Translations under genes and position numbers: made by a program
Source of the DNA: Octopus vulgaris
Taxonomy: Eukaryota
Length of the DNA stretch: 248,000 bases
Direction of reading: 5' to 3'
Assembly (NCBI GenBank): GCA_951406725.2
Contig: OX597822.1
Span: 43,420,001-43,668,000 of the forward strand
Notes under the pieces: generated by a model
Databases searched by the model: none
What the model saw: the letters and a program-made list of their open reading frames with translations, nothing else
What the model was told of the DNA's origin: nothing
Part shown: positions 191,377 to 210,934 of the stretch, piece after piece
Position numbering within the stretch: position 1 is the stretch's first letter
How the letters are laid out: each line of letters begins with the position of its first letter

Positions 191377-192098
191377 AGTGTAGTAGGTGTAGTAGTAGTA
191401 GTAGTAGTAAGTGTAGTAGTAGTAGTAGTAGTAGTAGTAGTAATGCCACCATTTACCACTACTACCGCCAATGCTAACACACCACTACTTGTAGCTTCTC
191501 CACCGTTACCGACACCATCTCTACCACCACCGCTGCCATTAACACAAGCCCCTTCTCCTTCACTACCGTTGCACGTATCTACACCACCAGCGCCATCAAC
191601 GATATCAATATCTTTACCTAATCACCACCACCACCACACCACCACCACCACCACCACCACCACCACCACCACTAACACCACCACAACCACCACCACCACT
191701 AACACCACCACCACCACTAAAATCACCAGCACCAGCACCAGTAACAGCATCACACCACCACCAAAACCCGCACCAGCACCACCACCACCAGCACCAAAAA
191801 AACCACCTCCACCGTCGCCACCAACACCACCACCAAAACCATCACCACCATCAGCACCACCATCAGCACCATCACTACAATCACCGCCAAAAACCACCAC
191901 CACCACTCGCACCAGTGCACCACCACCACCCACCCCCACCACCACCACCACAACCACCGCCACCACCACCACAACCATCACCAGCTTTCACTAACTACGT
192001 TCTACCTTATCCTGATCTCTAACCTATTTCCTTTAACTCCACCACCGACTCTCCCTTTCGCTCCCTCACTCCACTCCGACCAGTCTATAAATACAACG

Positions 192099-192143
<45 letters not shown>

Positions 192144-193742
192144 ACACACGCCCCTTCAGTCTGAGGTTTTCACACATATTTGCCCACGTTATTACGGTCG
192201 AGATGTCGGTTTGATGAAGTCTGGTGTAAGGTTTACTGGTACATCAAGATGTTGCTAGAGTCGTTCTTGTAGTTTAGGCGCTAGTAGTGGTAGTGGTGAC
192301 GGTGGAAGTACAACAAGACGTTAGTGTGCTCTTATGGATGCGCAATGGACCAGTGGTTAGCGCAGCGGACTCGATCACAGTTTCGATTCTCAGACCGAGC
192401 GTTGTGAGATTTTATTGAGCAAAAACACCTGAAGCTCCACGAGGCTCCGGTAGGGGTTGATGGCGAACCCTACTGTTCTCTTTCCCCACAACTTTCTCTT
192501 ACTCTCTCTTCTTGTTTCTGTTGTACTTCTATTTCAAAGGGTTGTCATACTCTGTATCACGCTGAATCGCCCCGAGAACTACGTTAAGGGTACACGTGTC
192601 TGAGGAGTGCTCAGCCACTTGCACATTATTTTCATGAGCAGGCTGTTTTATTGATCAGATCAACTGGAACCCTCGTCGTCGTAACCGACGGAATGCCACA
192701 GTGTGCTTGCTATAGTTGTGGCGATGACAGCAGCGGTAAATGAAGATGTTGGTTTAGTTATTGTTGTAGTTTTTGGCTGTAGTACAGTTAGAGGTGATTT
192801 TAGTGGCAGACCAAGACATTGGCGTTAAGGTTGTAGTAGCGGTGAGCCACATCAAGATGTTACTATAGGTCTTCCTGTAGTTTAGGCACTAGTAGAGGTA
192901 GTGACTATGGTAGTGGTACGAGACGTTACAGTTAAGGTTGTAGTTATAGTGGTATATCAACCAAGATGCTGGTATAATTATTGTTGTAGTTTTGGCGGTA
193001 GTACTGGTAGTGGTGATTGTAGTGGTAGAACAAGTCGTTACTGATAAGGCTGTAGTAGTGGTGACGATAGTAGATGTACATCAAGAGGTTACTATAGATC
193101 TTCCTGTAGTATAGGCACTAGTAGAGGTAGTGGTAGTGGTAGTGATACAACAAGACGTTACTGCTAAGGTTGTAGTAGTAGGGGTACATCAATCAGGTTG
193201 TCGGTATACTTATTGTGCTAGTTTTGGTAGTGGTGATAGTAGAACATCACGATGTTAGTATTGTAGTTGTAGCAGTTCCGGTGATAGTGAGTTTGGTCAT
193301 AATATTGGTACAAGAGGATAGTATTATGGTTGTTGTGGCGTTGGCGATAGTACAGTTAGTGGTACGTCAAGACCTTGGTGTAGTTGCCGTTGTAGTGCTG
193401 GTGACAGTGGTACACCAAAATGTTAGTGTTTTCATCGTAACGTTGGTAGTACAATCATCAAGAACATAGTGTATTGGCTGTGGTGCTTGTAGTGGTGATA
193501 AAAGCATGTAGACGTTGTAGTTTTGGTAGTAGTGATAATGGTACAAACATCAAGGTGCTATTGAAGACTTTGTAGTCTCAAATGTGGTATAAGATATCAT
193601 GTTATTGTTGTAGTTGCCGTTGCAGTTGTTGTGTGGTGGGCGACACAAAAATGGAAGTGTCGGTGTTGTGGTAGTGGTCATAGTTGGACGCTTGTATTTC
193701 TGTCATTGTCCCACGTCACTAAATTGTTTTGACGACGACGAC

Positions 193743-193773
<31 letters not shown>

Positions 193774-193931
193774 GTGGTGATGGTGATGACGACGATGATG
193801 ATGATGATGGTTGTTATGGTGATGATGAGGATGAGAATGATGACAACGATGATGACGATGATGATGACGATGATGATGATGATGATGATGACGATGATGA
193901 TGATGACGATGATGATGATGATGACGACGAC

Positions 193932-193975
<44 letters not shown>

Positions 193976-194223
193976 CGATGATGATGATGATGAGGAGGAG
194001 GACGATGATGACGATTTTGATAGTGATGAGAACGATGATGCTGGTGATGAGGATGACGACGATGATGACAATGGTTATGAGGATAATGATTACGACGATG
194101 GTGATGACGATAATGATAATGATGATGATGATGATAATGATGTCAATAATAATGGTGTCTAAGTGGACGATTGTGATGGTAGTGATTGATGATTGTGATG
194201 ATGGTGATGACGACGACGACGGC

Positions 194224-194261
<38 letters not shown>

Positions 194262-194686
194262 CGATGATGACGATGAGGATTGATAAGGTCAATAACGAAA
194301 TCTTCTCAGAGAACGCAACTGTACAACGTGTGTAACACTCACCTTCGTAGAGAGTGAGTGGGAGACGGTTCTAGGGAACTCTATTTAAACACCAGATCAC
194401 ATATGACTTCACATGGCCAGTACTTCTGCGGAATAGACTCTCTTAACAAAACATCGCTTATTTTTCCCCAGATGGACGACTCCAGCTTCAGCGTGGAGAA
194501 AATAAATATCAACATTCATGATAACGAAGAATTAAGCCATCGCTATTGAAAGGAATGGCCAAAGATGACATATTCCATCTATGATGTGGATTTCCTGGAA
194601 CAATAGATTATATTTTATCACGATAAGCTAAACTAAATCTGACAGAATATTCTTGGGGATGCAATGAAAGTAGCCAAACTGATCTA

Positions 194687-195220
194687 CGAGGGTGAGTCAA
194701 AAAGTAATGCCATTTTGTTTAGGACAGGTATAATTACCACCACTGGAACATGTATCATACATCAAAATAAAGCTGGTCATCTGTGGATCACTTCTCTACT
194801 TCTCAACATAGTCCCCGTTTCTCTCAATAGCAATGTTCTACCTTCGAATTAGAGCATGTATCCCTGCCCCGTAAAATTCTGTTGACTGTTCTTTGATCCA
194901 CTTCTTCACTACAGTTTTCACTTCCTCGTCACTGGAATAATGTTCACCTCTCAAACCCTCTTTCATGGGACTCAAGAGATGATAGTCTGAAGGCGCTAAA
195001 TCTGGTGAGTATGGACGATGCGGTAATGTTGTCCACCCGAATGTTGTCTCCCTTGTCCTGATGCTTGTGTGTGGTCGAGCATTGTCACTGTCAATTGGCA
195101 AGTTGGGTCTTACTCGTCGGATTCTTGCTCTGAGCCTCGTCAGGGTCTCAATGTAGGCCTCAGACTTTATTGTTTTCCCTTTTGGCAAAAAAAAACTGAA
195201 AGAGGACAGTCGTATATATC

Positions 195221-195293
<73 letters not shown>

Positions 195294-195685
195294 TGTGTGT
195301 GTGTGTATATGTTTGTGTGTCTGTGTTTGTCCGAAGCCCCCAACATCGCTTGACAACTGACGCTGATGTGTTTATGTCCCCGTAACTTAGCGGTTCGGCA
195401 ACCAAAAAGCCCGATAGAATAAGTACTAGGCTTTACAAAGAATAAGTCCTAGTGTCGATTTGCTCGACTAAACTGACGCGGTGCGGTTCGGCAGCCTGGT
195501 CACAGTCAAATGACTGAACGTAGTGAAAAGTAAAAGTAAAAGAGTCTAAAAGCCTGAAAAGTAAGAAAAAAATATTTCAGAACGTAAATGATATAATCAT
195601 TCATAAAGGGGAAAATTTTCAGTTATTTTTATCAAAAACTTTACATGAAATAAAGAAAATTGTATTACTTTTTGACGCACTCTCG
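194687..195685 (-). mobile_element. mariner with both TIRs, interrupted by a CORE-like SINE
   Basis: TA-cgagggtgagtcaaaaag / ctttttgacgcactctcg-TA; DNARPH, HRPYSPDLAPSDYHL; SINE at 195200-195545. Confidence 0.9.
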
Positions 195686-196366
195686 TACATGCATTCTTGA
195701 CATCAAATTTCACTATATTCAGATAAACTAGTGGTTCTTAATTGGGGTCCATTTGGCCCTTGTCAGGGGTCTGTGTAAGATTTTGCTGTTAAAATTTATC
195801 TGCAATAAATTGGTTTGTACTTCTACAATACAGAGTGCGGCAGAAGTAGCACCTATTTTATTTAGTAACTTTTATAGTACAAAATTTTTTCATTTAGTAA
195901 TTTTTATCTTATGCAAAAATTTATTGCACTAGTTAATGAAATGAAAAAAAAAAAACAATGAATGAATACATATTACAGCAGTTTTAAGAAATTTATTAAA
196001 TATTGCTCCATCAGAATAACATAATTCATTATGATATAAAATTTAATTAACATGACCAAAACGCTCCCCTTCGTTTTCTGAACACTGCTGAACACTACAA
196101 GCAATATTTTTACAAACCTTTTTATACATTTCCACGTTAATTGCAGAAAACTTACCAGAAATTTCTTGGTTTAATTCATGAATTCAAGATCATTCAATAC
196201 ACCCACAAGAAAACGTCAGGTGATCGTGATGACCACTCAATTACTCCATGTTGTCCTAGGCGTAACAGTGTCTATGTGGTAAGTAGCATGCTTGCGAACT
196301 ACATGGCTCCGGGTTCAGTACCAATGCGTGGCACGATGGGCAAGTGTCTTCTACTATAGCCTCTTC

Positions 196367-196405
<39 letters not shown>

Positions 196406-196483
196406 TATGTATATAGATATCGTATGTTCGTATATAGTATATATATATATATATATATATACATACATATATATATATGTATA

Positions 196484-196551
<68 letters not shown>

Positions 196552-197214
196552 TATACATTCATGTGTGTGCGCGCGCGTGATTGAATATGCGTGTGTGAGT
196601 ATGTATGTATTTATCTATCTATCTATACGCACGTGTGTGTCTGTGGTCTTTATCACTGTCCTTGTATTTGTTACCGCCATCCTCACCGTTTGACAATCGA
196701 TGCGATTTTGTTTAATTCTTCGTAAACTAGGAATTCGGCAAAAAAGAAAAGCAGAAGAAATATCAGTACTAAGTTAGATTTGTTTCATTAAGCTTTTTAT
196801 AGCAGTGCTCCTAGCATGTTTACAGTCCAATAACCAAAATAAATGACGGATAAAAGACAATACAAAAAAACAACAACAACAACAACAACAACGGTGTGTC
196901 GCAACGAGTAAAACATTGGGGAAATCACACCGACCAAACTGCTCAATTGAATACAATCTGGCTGTCACAGAATGGACCACTCATCCTATTGATAACTTAA
197001 GACATATAAAAATGTCTAGAAAGCCACTGATAAATTACCTCTGAGGATAGCCAGAGGTACATTCGAGAAAATAACAATTGTAGGATATGTGAATATTCTA
197101 GGGCTTTTTCAAGCAGTATTTATTCACGTTTAGCGTTTGTATGTGCGGTTTTCTTGATGAACAGATTTTAGTTTTTAAGAATTGGGACTTTTGGTATAAT
197201 GCCCAAAACTTTCA

Positions 197215-197272
<58 letters not shown>

Positions 197273-197826
197273 TAAAATATATCTCTCGTTCACGTCTTTA
197301 CAAACACACATAAACATACGCGCCTGTACATGCGCCAAATATTCTGTCTCTATTTCCTCAACTATTTACATACATATAGGTACACACACACACACACGCG
197401 CGCGCGCGCACACATACTTACACACACATGCACAAGCACACACACACGCACACACAAGTCTCACACATTCACACAAATACATACTCAACAACATTCTCAC
197501 ATAACTACACAAAATCTCCCATTCACGCACATGTACATACATAACCACACAGATCGACACACACACACACACACACATACAAACACACATGTACATGCCT
197601 TACCCTAAAATGTTTACGTGTTTTTCTATATTTTTTCAATTATTTCCACACAGACACACACATACACACAAACAGAGACAGACGCAGAGACTATCACAAA
197701 CATTAACACACACACTCAAACACACATATACACAGAGAGAGACGCAGAAACTATCACACACATTCACACACTCACAAACACACACATACACACACAGACA
197801 GACGCAGGGACTATCGCACACATTTG

Positions 197827-197862
<36 letters not shown>

Positions 197863-200664
197863 TACACACACAGACAGACGTAGAAACTATCACACATATT
197901 CACACACACACATATAAGCACACATATACACAGAGACAGACGCAGAGACTATCATTCACACGCACACACACAAACACACACACACGTACATACACGCACG
198001 CACGCACACACACATACGTACACATCTTCATCACTCACTCTTTTATCCCGAATTAACTTTCGCTATATTTCAACTTCCTCCATTCCTTCACTTCCACAGC
198101 TAATACAAGCCGCCATATTGTATCTATTCCTTGTACAGAGTAACTCTTTCTCTTGTAATTTCTTCTAACCTGTTTTTTTCTTCTCTCACTGTGACAGGCG
198201 ATAATTCATCATGTCGATAATATCTATAATCTATATCTTCTTCAACTGGGTATTCACAAACAATCATAAGTGAACATCTGGTAGAGATAGTCTGCCATTG
198301 TTTAATCTCTAACCAGGCCTTTATGACTATTCTCGTTTTAGTGCGCATATATGAGAGTGCAGAACTGGATCTTTAAAATGCCTCTAGGCTCGGGCGTGGC
198401 TGTTTGGGAAGAAGAAGATCGATTCCTAATCGTATGGTTTGGGATTCAGTGCCACTACATAGCACCTTGGACAAGTGTATTCTACTAGAACCGAGCCTTG
198501 TGAGTGGATTTGGTAGACGGAAATTGAAAGAAGCCCATCGGGTGTGTATGTGTGTGTATACTCTTTTACTTGTTTCAGTCATTTTGACTGCAGCCATGCT
198601 GGAGCACCGCCTTTAGTCGAGCAAATCAACCGTAGAAATTATTATTTGTAAGTTACGGGGACGTAAACACACCAGCATCGGTTGTCAAGTGATATTGGAG
198701 AAACATGCACAAACACACACACACACATGTATATATATATATATATACATACGAAGGTCGTCTTTCAGTTTCCGTTTATGAAATCCACTCACAAGGTTTT
198801 GGTCACCCCGAGGCTATAGTAGAAGACACTTGCCCAAAGCGCCACACAGTGGGACTGAACCCGGAACCATGTGGTTGGTAAGCAAGCTACATACCACAGA
198901 GACACTCCATATATGTTGGCGTGCTCGCTTAGCCAACGGTATGGCGTCGTTTGGAGGCTAAAACAATGCTAAAATGCATTGTGATCAGTGATGTGTAACA
199001 TCATTTGATAGCGTGGTCGGTCACGTGATCACGCGATATGTGTGTGTGTGTGTGTGTGTGTGTTTGTGAGTATGTGCATATCTTTGCGTCTGTATTTGTC
199101 CTCTACCATTGCTAGAGAACCGGTGTTGGCGAGTTTATATCCCCCGTAACTTAGCGGATCGGCAAAAAGGACCGAGAGAATACGTACCAGGAAATGAGTA
199201 CTGGGGTCTTCTCGCTTGACTAAAATTCTTCAAGGTGGTGTTCCATCATGGCCGCAGCCTAATGGCTGAAAGAATTCCAAGGTAAAAAATAAACGATAAT
199301 ACCCTGCCATTTAAGGCGGCAGAATATGATTAATCCCTGAGAATCCAAACACAGTAAATATTACGTATTCTTAAGTGCACAACTTTTCCTACGTCTGTTT
199401 TTATCACACATTAAACTATAATATTTCTCAATCCCTTTAATGTAATAAAATCCAACACTTTACGTCCAGGCAGAGATATAGAGAAGGGATGGTCACAGCT
199501 GGAATGTGTTTGACAGCAAATAATGTTTTTGTGTTTCCTTTATACAGACTACATAAATCTAATGTCGCTTCCATTCTTCTCATCTTGCTTCTATCATTTG
199601 GAATTTTATGTTAACGATAGAACAAGTTTTTAGTTGCTAGAATCTAAGATATAAGCTATTCCCCAATCCATATCTTTTATTATTATTTTACTTCGCTTGT
199701 TAAAGACTTCACACTATTCGGATTTATCTTTACACAGCTTACGCTTTAGTTCTTCTCTGCTCTTTTGAAGTCTTCTTTTAAGATTTCACCAAATTCTCTT
199801 CCATCTACCGATTCCTTCTTTCTTCCATTCACTCTGGTTTCTCCATCATCAAATCTCATCACTTCTCCAATACTAAACATTGAATTTGCAGATTCTTCAC
199901 TTTTAAGACAACAGTATTCTTTCCTCACCTCTCTGTCTCTATTTTCCTCTGTTTGTATATGTGTTACTTTCTTTCATGCAGTTCTTATCTCTTCACACTT
200001 TGTTAATTGCCACTATACAACATGCTAATCGAAGTTTTACTTTACTGATATACGTGTTCACCATTACGCAATCGGTAGTGCAGCGGAAAAAATATCTTAA
200101 GGTGTTTAGTTACGTTTCATTATGTTCTGAGTCCAAACACCGACAGTGGCAACTTTCACTTTCACTCTTCCGAGGTCAGTAACACGGAGTATCAGTCAAA
200201 TAATCAGGATTCGTTTAATCAACTGCATTCTGTGCTAACATGAATGACCAGGTATTGCCGTTCGCAAAGTGAGGAAACCATACTACAGCTATGCGTCAAC
200301 TGTTCGCCCATGCTTACTTTGAATGTCTATGTCGTACAGCGATCATCTCACGTAGGAAGAAACTGCCAATCAACTGAATCTATTTGAAAACTGACCTGCC
200401 ATATTTCTTTTGCAAGAGAGACAAGTTACTTTGACTCTGTCTGGTGGAATGGTGAAGGTAGCAGCATGGCGATGGCACTGGTGGTTGTGGTGGTGGAAAG
200501 ATGTTTGGGCAAAAGAGGTGAATATGAAGACAGAAAATTTTCCATCTGATAATCTCTTATCAACGTCTTCGGGTAACAACTTCTCACCTTCTTTTAATCA
200601 CTATTTATTATCTATGTGCTGATTAATACTTTGAGAGTGACGGAAACTGCAAGGAAGTCTGTCG

Positions 200665-200707
<43 letters not shown>

Positions 200708-200742
200708 TATACGTATAGATGTACATATACGTATGTATATAT

Positions 200743-200776
<34 letters not shown>

Positions 200777-200819
200777 ATATGCATATATATGCATACATAC
200801 ACACACATATATATATATG

Positions 200820-200869
<50 letters not shown>

Positions 200870-200873
200870 CATA

Positions 200874-200926
<53 letters not shown>

Positions 200927-201544
200927 TATATTATTATATGATTGAATGCCATGCATTCTCTTCCAAGTAAGTTTTATCTTAACAATTCTGATGCGCACTC
201001 TATATCATTTTTTAGTTTTTCGATTTTCTCTCTTTTTCTCTCTCTTATTCTTTTACCTTTTCTTCACCCACTATTCTATCCTATTACTCTGTCACTCTCT
201101 CTCTCTCACACTTCTCCTCCATTGTTCACGTGGCTCTCATGTGACCATCGGTCATCTTTCTTTCTCTCCGTTGTAGCTGAAACAAGGAATACGTGTTCTT
201201 GTTTGTATCCTGTCCTAGCTTGATTTACGCGTTCACCACAACAACCGAGTTAGCAACCCTTCCTGTTTGTTTCCACTGTCCTGCTTGTGTTACCCTCTGC
201301 AAATTCCCCAATATTAATTAATTTGCTTTTCGGGAGCAACTGTTTTATCGAAAGCGTATATTGCTGTTAAATGCTCGTAATACAAGACTAGACAAACAGC
201401 CAACAACTGATGAAGGGTCGTTATTTATGTTTGCTTTGTTTTCTGTTTGTGTCTTTCGTTGTTCAAAAGAATAGTTCCTGTTCCATGTACTCATGCTTCG
201501 TACTTTTTTGTTGTACACGTTTCATGATGTCCTGTGCCTACATA

Positions 201545-201609
<65 letters not shown>

Positions 201610-201813
201610 TCTTTTAATTGTTTCAGTCAGTTGACTGCGGCCATGCTGGAGCACCGCCTTTAGTCGAGCAACTCGACGCCGGGACTTATTCTTTGTAAGC
201701 CCAGTACTTATTCTATCGGTCTCTTTTGCCGAACCGCTAAGTGACGGGGACATAAACACACCAGCATCGGTTGTCAAGCAATGCTAGGGGGACAAACACA
201801 GACACACAAATAT

Positions 201814-201883
<70 letters not shown>

Positions 201884-201884
201884 G

Positions 201885-202794
201885 TTTATATATTTGTTGT
201901 GCAAAACATTTTATGTGAAGTCGTGTGTTGAAACAGATATTGTTATATTTCGGGATGGTCATTTTGCCAGTTTAGCCAATAAAATCATACGCACTATATA
202001 TTTGGTGTTACTTTGCTTCAGTGTTATTTATGTTTTACATTAATCTTAATCTTATGTCGGCCAGAGTTCTTTCGTCACACTCCTGTGACCTCATCAGTGG
202101 TCCTTTGTTTTCTTCTTTCTTATTTGTGTCTCTCCTTACTAACCGTCAGCCATTTTGTATTTATATTGTATGTCTTCATTTGCGCATGCTTATATCTCAA
202201 TGTGCGTCTATGTTTATTTAGTGTGTGGGGAGATGCCTGTAATATTTGTATCTTCTGTTTATATACGTTCATGTAATTTATTTTTGCTGTTGTTTTGTTA
202301 TACTTATTTTGTTCATGTATTTACATCCCTTTATTATTATCATTACATATGCTTGTATGTATGTATGTATAACAACAATACTAGTAATAATAATAATAAA
202401 TTAAAATATATATATATATAGTTATTTATTTCTATTTGTTTATTTATCTGTGTATTTATTATGTTTTCGGGATCCTCTACCGTCATATGTTGAAGTGTGT
202501 GCTATTGTTCCATTCTAATTTTCTATTCAGGCTAGGTTTATTTTCTATTATGTGTGTAGCTTCTGTAATTTGTCTGATTGTTGCATCTGTTCTATGTGTG
202601 GACAATATTTTAATTTCTATGTTGTTGATTGATCCCCCGTGCTCCTGTTCGGCGTGTTGGTACAGAATCGATGAGCTTTTACCTTCCTTGAGTTGTCTCC
202701 AATGTTCATAAATAACACTGAAGCAAAGTAACACCAAATATATAGTGCGTGTGATTTTATTGGCTAAACTGGCAAAATGACCATCCCGAAATAT

Positions 202795-202805
<11 letters not shown>
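201885..202805 (-). mobile_element. PLE terminal fragment with inverted ends
   Basis: GIY-YIG C-terminus HAEQEHGG...DATIRQITEATHI..NKPSLNRKLEW; inverted repeats 201940-202030 / 202710-202800; related piece at 8000-8230. Confidence 0.75.
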
Positions 202806-202858
<53 letters not shown>

Positions 202859-203989
202859 GTATGTATAGATTAAGTATGTGCACGCATCATATATATATTA
202901 TATATATATACATACACACACACATATATATACTTATACATATATAAGTATGAATTTATATGTGTGTGTATTTGTTTTTGTTTGCCCCCCCCCACCACCA
203001 CCACCAATTACAGCTTCACATCTGGTATTGGTTTTTTATGACCCCTTAAATAATTAGTTCAGCAAAAGAGAAAGGCAGATTAAGTACCAGACCTTAAGAA
203101 CATAGTACTGAAGTCGACTTGTTGGACTAAAACTCTTCACGGGCCATGCTCCACCCTAGCCGCTCTCCAGTAAACTGACACAAATAAAAAATAAAGCAAA
203201 ATATATTATTTATTCTTATTTTTTTTGTTTTTCATTCGCACTGTGTTACTGGAGGTAAATCTCGCACCATTTCTTGGCTTGTTGCTTATCTGCACTGCTT
203301 GTCTGCACTGACTTCAGCATCGTGTGGCATTTGGCCAATAAAAGAAATCCCCCTCGTCCTCCTTGGCCTCCTCCCCTCCCCTCCTCCTCCTCCTTCTCGT
203401 CGTCGTCGTTCCAAAATCATTTAAGATAGCTTTTGCGTTTCTTTTTTTTTCGGCGTCATACTAACTGTCAAGCCTTAAAAAAATCCTCTTAGAATATGAG
203501 CATTTCCAAAAAAGGACATCAGGACAAACACATGAAAAGGACGACTAATATCATTGTGCCGATGTCCAACCGTTTTTTTTTTTTCGGGTTTCCAATAATA
203601 ATATAAGTTATCTTTGGCTCAGTAGAAGTGTCAATATCATGTTTCATGTTGTTACTGTTACCATTATTATTTAAAAGTTGCACAGTATCCAATATTGGGA
203701 TATTATTGGTTGACTGTATTGTATCTACCAGGGGTTTGTACTGTCTGTCAAGTCACAACAAGGACCTCAGACAAACTGTACTTTATGCAATATGCATGCA
203801 GTTCTAAGCAACGCTGATTTTTGCATTACACCTAGATTTTAGGGCATTTCTAAAGTTCCCAGATGTTTATTTTCAGGTTGGGTGGTATTGAACCCACTCC
203901 TCCGATTACAATAAGGACAAACTTTATGTTCGACTCTCGTAGCTGCCACATCTTAGCGATCTCAATTCTCAGGTCTCCATATTTATCAA

Positions 203990-204429
203990 CCCCTTTCTCT
204001 CTCTTTCGTGATGATATGTTGATCTCCTGGCACTGCCACGTCGATTATTAGGCACTCTTGTTTGTCCCTCCTAAAGTCCCAAAGGATTTTTGCCTTCGCC
204101 TTTTTGTCCATTACATTTACTAGTGTATGTTGGTACCAAGCACCCTTTACCTCATATAAATATTTCCGGCATAGTAGCCATTGCAGGTTTTGGGCTAATT
204201 CGTCGTGTCTGCTCTTGTACTCTTTCTGCGCAAGACTTTCACACACATTAACAATCTGAGTTACGATTTCGACCCTCTTCCCACACATTCGGGAGAGGTT
204301 CCTTGAACTTGTGTGCTATATATCCCTTTACACTGAGTTGGTGTTTAATGCCTGATCCAGGGCAGCGATGATTAGGCCTTTAGTCTTCTGTTTTAGGCCA
204401 CCCTTACTGAGCCATCTCCATGAAGCTTC

Positions 204430-204430
<1 letters not shown>
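203990..204430 (-). mobile_element. R4-clade RLE fragment
   Basis: LAQKEYKSRHDELAQ, KILWDF, IIDVAVPGD. Confidence 0.75.
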
Positions 204431-207996
<3,566 letters not shown>

Positions 207997-208014
207997 ATTA
208001 TTATTATTATTATT

Positions 208015-210635
208015 CAGTAGTTTTATTTTTATAGCGTGCTTTCACTTCACTACCGAGCGCAGCTCTGTGTGCCTTGGGTATGTGCTGTGATTTGTTGTGA
208101 TGCTCTGATGGTTATTGTATGGAAAGTGTTCTGCGTAGGATGTGTGCAGTGCCTAGTAGTGCAATTTTCTGTATGTTATATGTGTTTGTAAGTCCTGGTG
208201 TTTTTGTTATGTATTTGTCTGAATATTTTTTTATCATGCCTAATGCACCTACTATGATAGGAATTGTTTCTGTTTTCAGATTCCACATTCTAGTTACCTC
208301 TATTTCCAGGTCTTTGTATTTTGAGAGTTTCTCCATTTCTTTTAGAGACACGTTGTCATCAGCCGGTTTTGATACATCAATTAGAAAGCATTTTTTTTCT
208401 TCATGGTCTCTGACAACTATATCTGGTCTGTTGGCCTTAATTTCACTATCTGTGTGTATCGGCATATCCCAGAGTATGGTTGTTTTCTCGTTTTCTGTGA
208501 CCATTTCTGGTGTGTGCCTATACCATCTTTTTTCTGTTGTTATTCCATAATGTTGGCATAGCTTCCAATGTATGTAGGTTCCAACTCTGTCATGTCTGTG
208601 AATATATTTCTTCTTAGCCAGGACTGGGCAGCTAGAGATAATATGATTTATTGTTTCTTGTCCATCTCCACATATTCTGCAGTTACTTGTAATATTTCTT
208701 TTCATTACATGTTTTTGGTAATTTCTGGTGGGGAGGCTTTGGTCTTGTGCTGCAATTAAAAATCCCTCTGTTTCTGCTTTGAGTCCTGAGCTTCTCAACC
208801 ATTGCTGGGATTTTTCTTTGTCTATTTCTTTTGCGTTTAGTTTAGTCCAGTATTTACCATGAAGGGGCTTTTCTTGCCATCGTTTTATCATGGTTCGTTG
208901 CTGTTCTATTTTTAGTTTGGATTTCATTTGTATTATAGCTTTTGTTGTTTCTTCATCTTCTTTTTCTTCTTCATGTTTATTAGGTGGTATGATTTCTTGT
209001 TTGTATTTGTCAGCTTCCTTAAATACTGAGAACAGTTTTTTGTTTTGCTCGTGTTTTGCCGCTATCTGGATCAGTTTTCCTTCCTTCTGAAGTAGATATT
209101 TTTGCAGTCCTATGGTGGTTATTTTATAGTAGTTTTCCAGCTGTATAAGACCTCTACCACCTTCTATACGTTTTATATATAGTCTTTCTATGTCAGATTT
209201 TGGTGATGCATCCTAGATCCTGTCATTATTTTTCTTGTTTTCCTATCTATTTTGGTCAGTTCATTTCGTGTCCAGTTAAGGATATTGTAGCTGTAACTTA
209301 TAACTGGGACAGCTAAAGTGTTGATACCTATTATCTTGTTTTTAGCATTGAGCTCTGTGTTTAGTATTGATCTAACTCGTCTATAATATTCTTTTTTTAT
209401 TTTCTCTTTCATTTGTGTGTGTTGTGTCTTATCTAGTTCATGGATTCCTAAGTATTTGTAAGTTTGGCTTTGGTCTAATTCTTTTATTTCATTGGTTTTA
209501 TCTAGTGTGATGTTGCTACTCTTAACTATTTTTCCTCTTTTCATGGTTACTTTGGCGCATTTTTCTAATCCAAATTTCATATCTATTTCTTTGGTAAATC
209601 CATGAACTGTCTTTAATAGTGTTTCCAGCTGTTTGTCATTTGTAGCGTATAGTTTTAGGTCATCCATATATAAAAGGTGGCTGATCGTTTTGCCGTAACA
209701 TTTATATCTGCATCCAGTTCTATTTAGCATATCAGATAGAGGTGACAGTGCCAAGCAGAGAAGGAGTGGAGAGAGCGTGTCTCCCTGGAATATTCCTCTT
209801 CTAATGGGGATGTCTTTGGTTTTCATGAGTCCCTCTTTTGTTTGGAGGTGTAGGACTGTTTGCCATTTATTCATAGAGTGCTCTATGAATTTTATGATTG
209901 TTGGTGCTACTTTGTTAATGGCTAGTGTTTCGAGGATCCATGTGTGGGGGATGCTATCAAACGCCTTTTTGTAGTCAATCCAGGCCATACTGAGGCCTTT
210001 CTACTTTCTGTGGCTGTCTTCAGTTATTGCTTTATTAATCATTAGTTGATCTTTACAGCCATATGAGCCTTTGCGGCATCCTTTCTGCTCTTCTGGGAAC
210101 AGTTTGTTTTCGTCCAGGTGCTTGTTCAGCCTTTGTGATATCACTGCAGTAAATGCCATGAACATAGTAGGGAGGCAGGTTATTGGTCTGTAGTTTTCTG
210201 GTTTTTCTGTTTCATTTGATTTGGGAATTAAAATGGTTTTCCCCTTCGTGAGCCATTCAGGCATTGTCTCTGGCTCTGCTAGTACGTTGTTAAAGTTTTC
210301 AGCCAGCTTTTTGTGCATTCCTGTTAGATATTTCAACCAGAAGTTGGGGATCTTGTCATGCCCAGGTGCCTTCCAGCTGCTTAGTCTTTGCAGTGCCTGG
210401 GTGACCTCTTCAGTTGTTATGGGGGTCCAAAGTTGTTCAGATGCCGAGTTTGTTATTTTGATACTCCTTTTTTTGGTGGTTCGTTCGCTGACCATATTTC
210501 TCTCCAGAATTCTTCCAATTCTTCTGCCGTTGGTGCTGCAGTGACTTCTATTTTATTTTTTCCCAATTCTTGGTAGAACTTTTTGGGGTTGGAGTTGAAC
210601 TTTTTGTTTTCTTCAAAGAAGCGTTGGCGTTTCTT
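208015..210635 (-). mobile_element. Dong/R4 LINE, 5'-truncated (2.6 kb), tandem with the previous copy
   Basis: Near-identical to the 204509 copy; separated by ~150 bp of (ATT)n. Confidence 0.95.
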
Positions 210636-210866
210636 GTATTATATACATATACATGCTTTGCTCCTAGACGTAGAAATGTGTATGTATGTGTGCGTATACA
210701 TATCTAGCAAATAAACCTAATTAAATCGTGTATAAATACATATGCATATTCAGGTGTATACTAATCAATTTTGCAATATGAAACACTTACTTAATATGAA
210801 TGGAGAACGAACCAGCGTTCAGGCTTTGGTGTCGTCTGCTTAATAATATTCTTCTTCTTATTATTA

Positions 210867-210933
<67 letters not shown>

Positions 210934-210934
210934 C

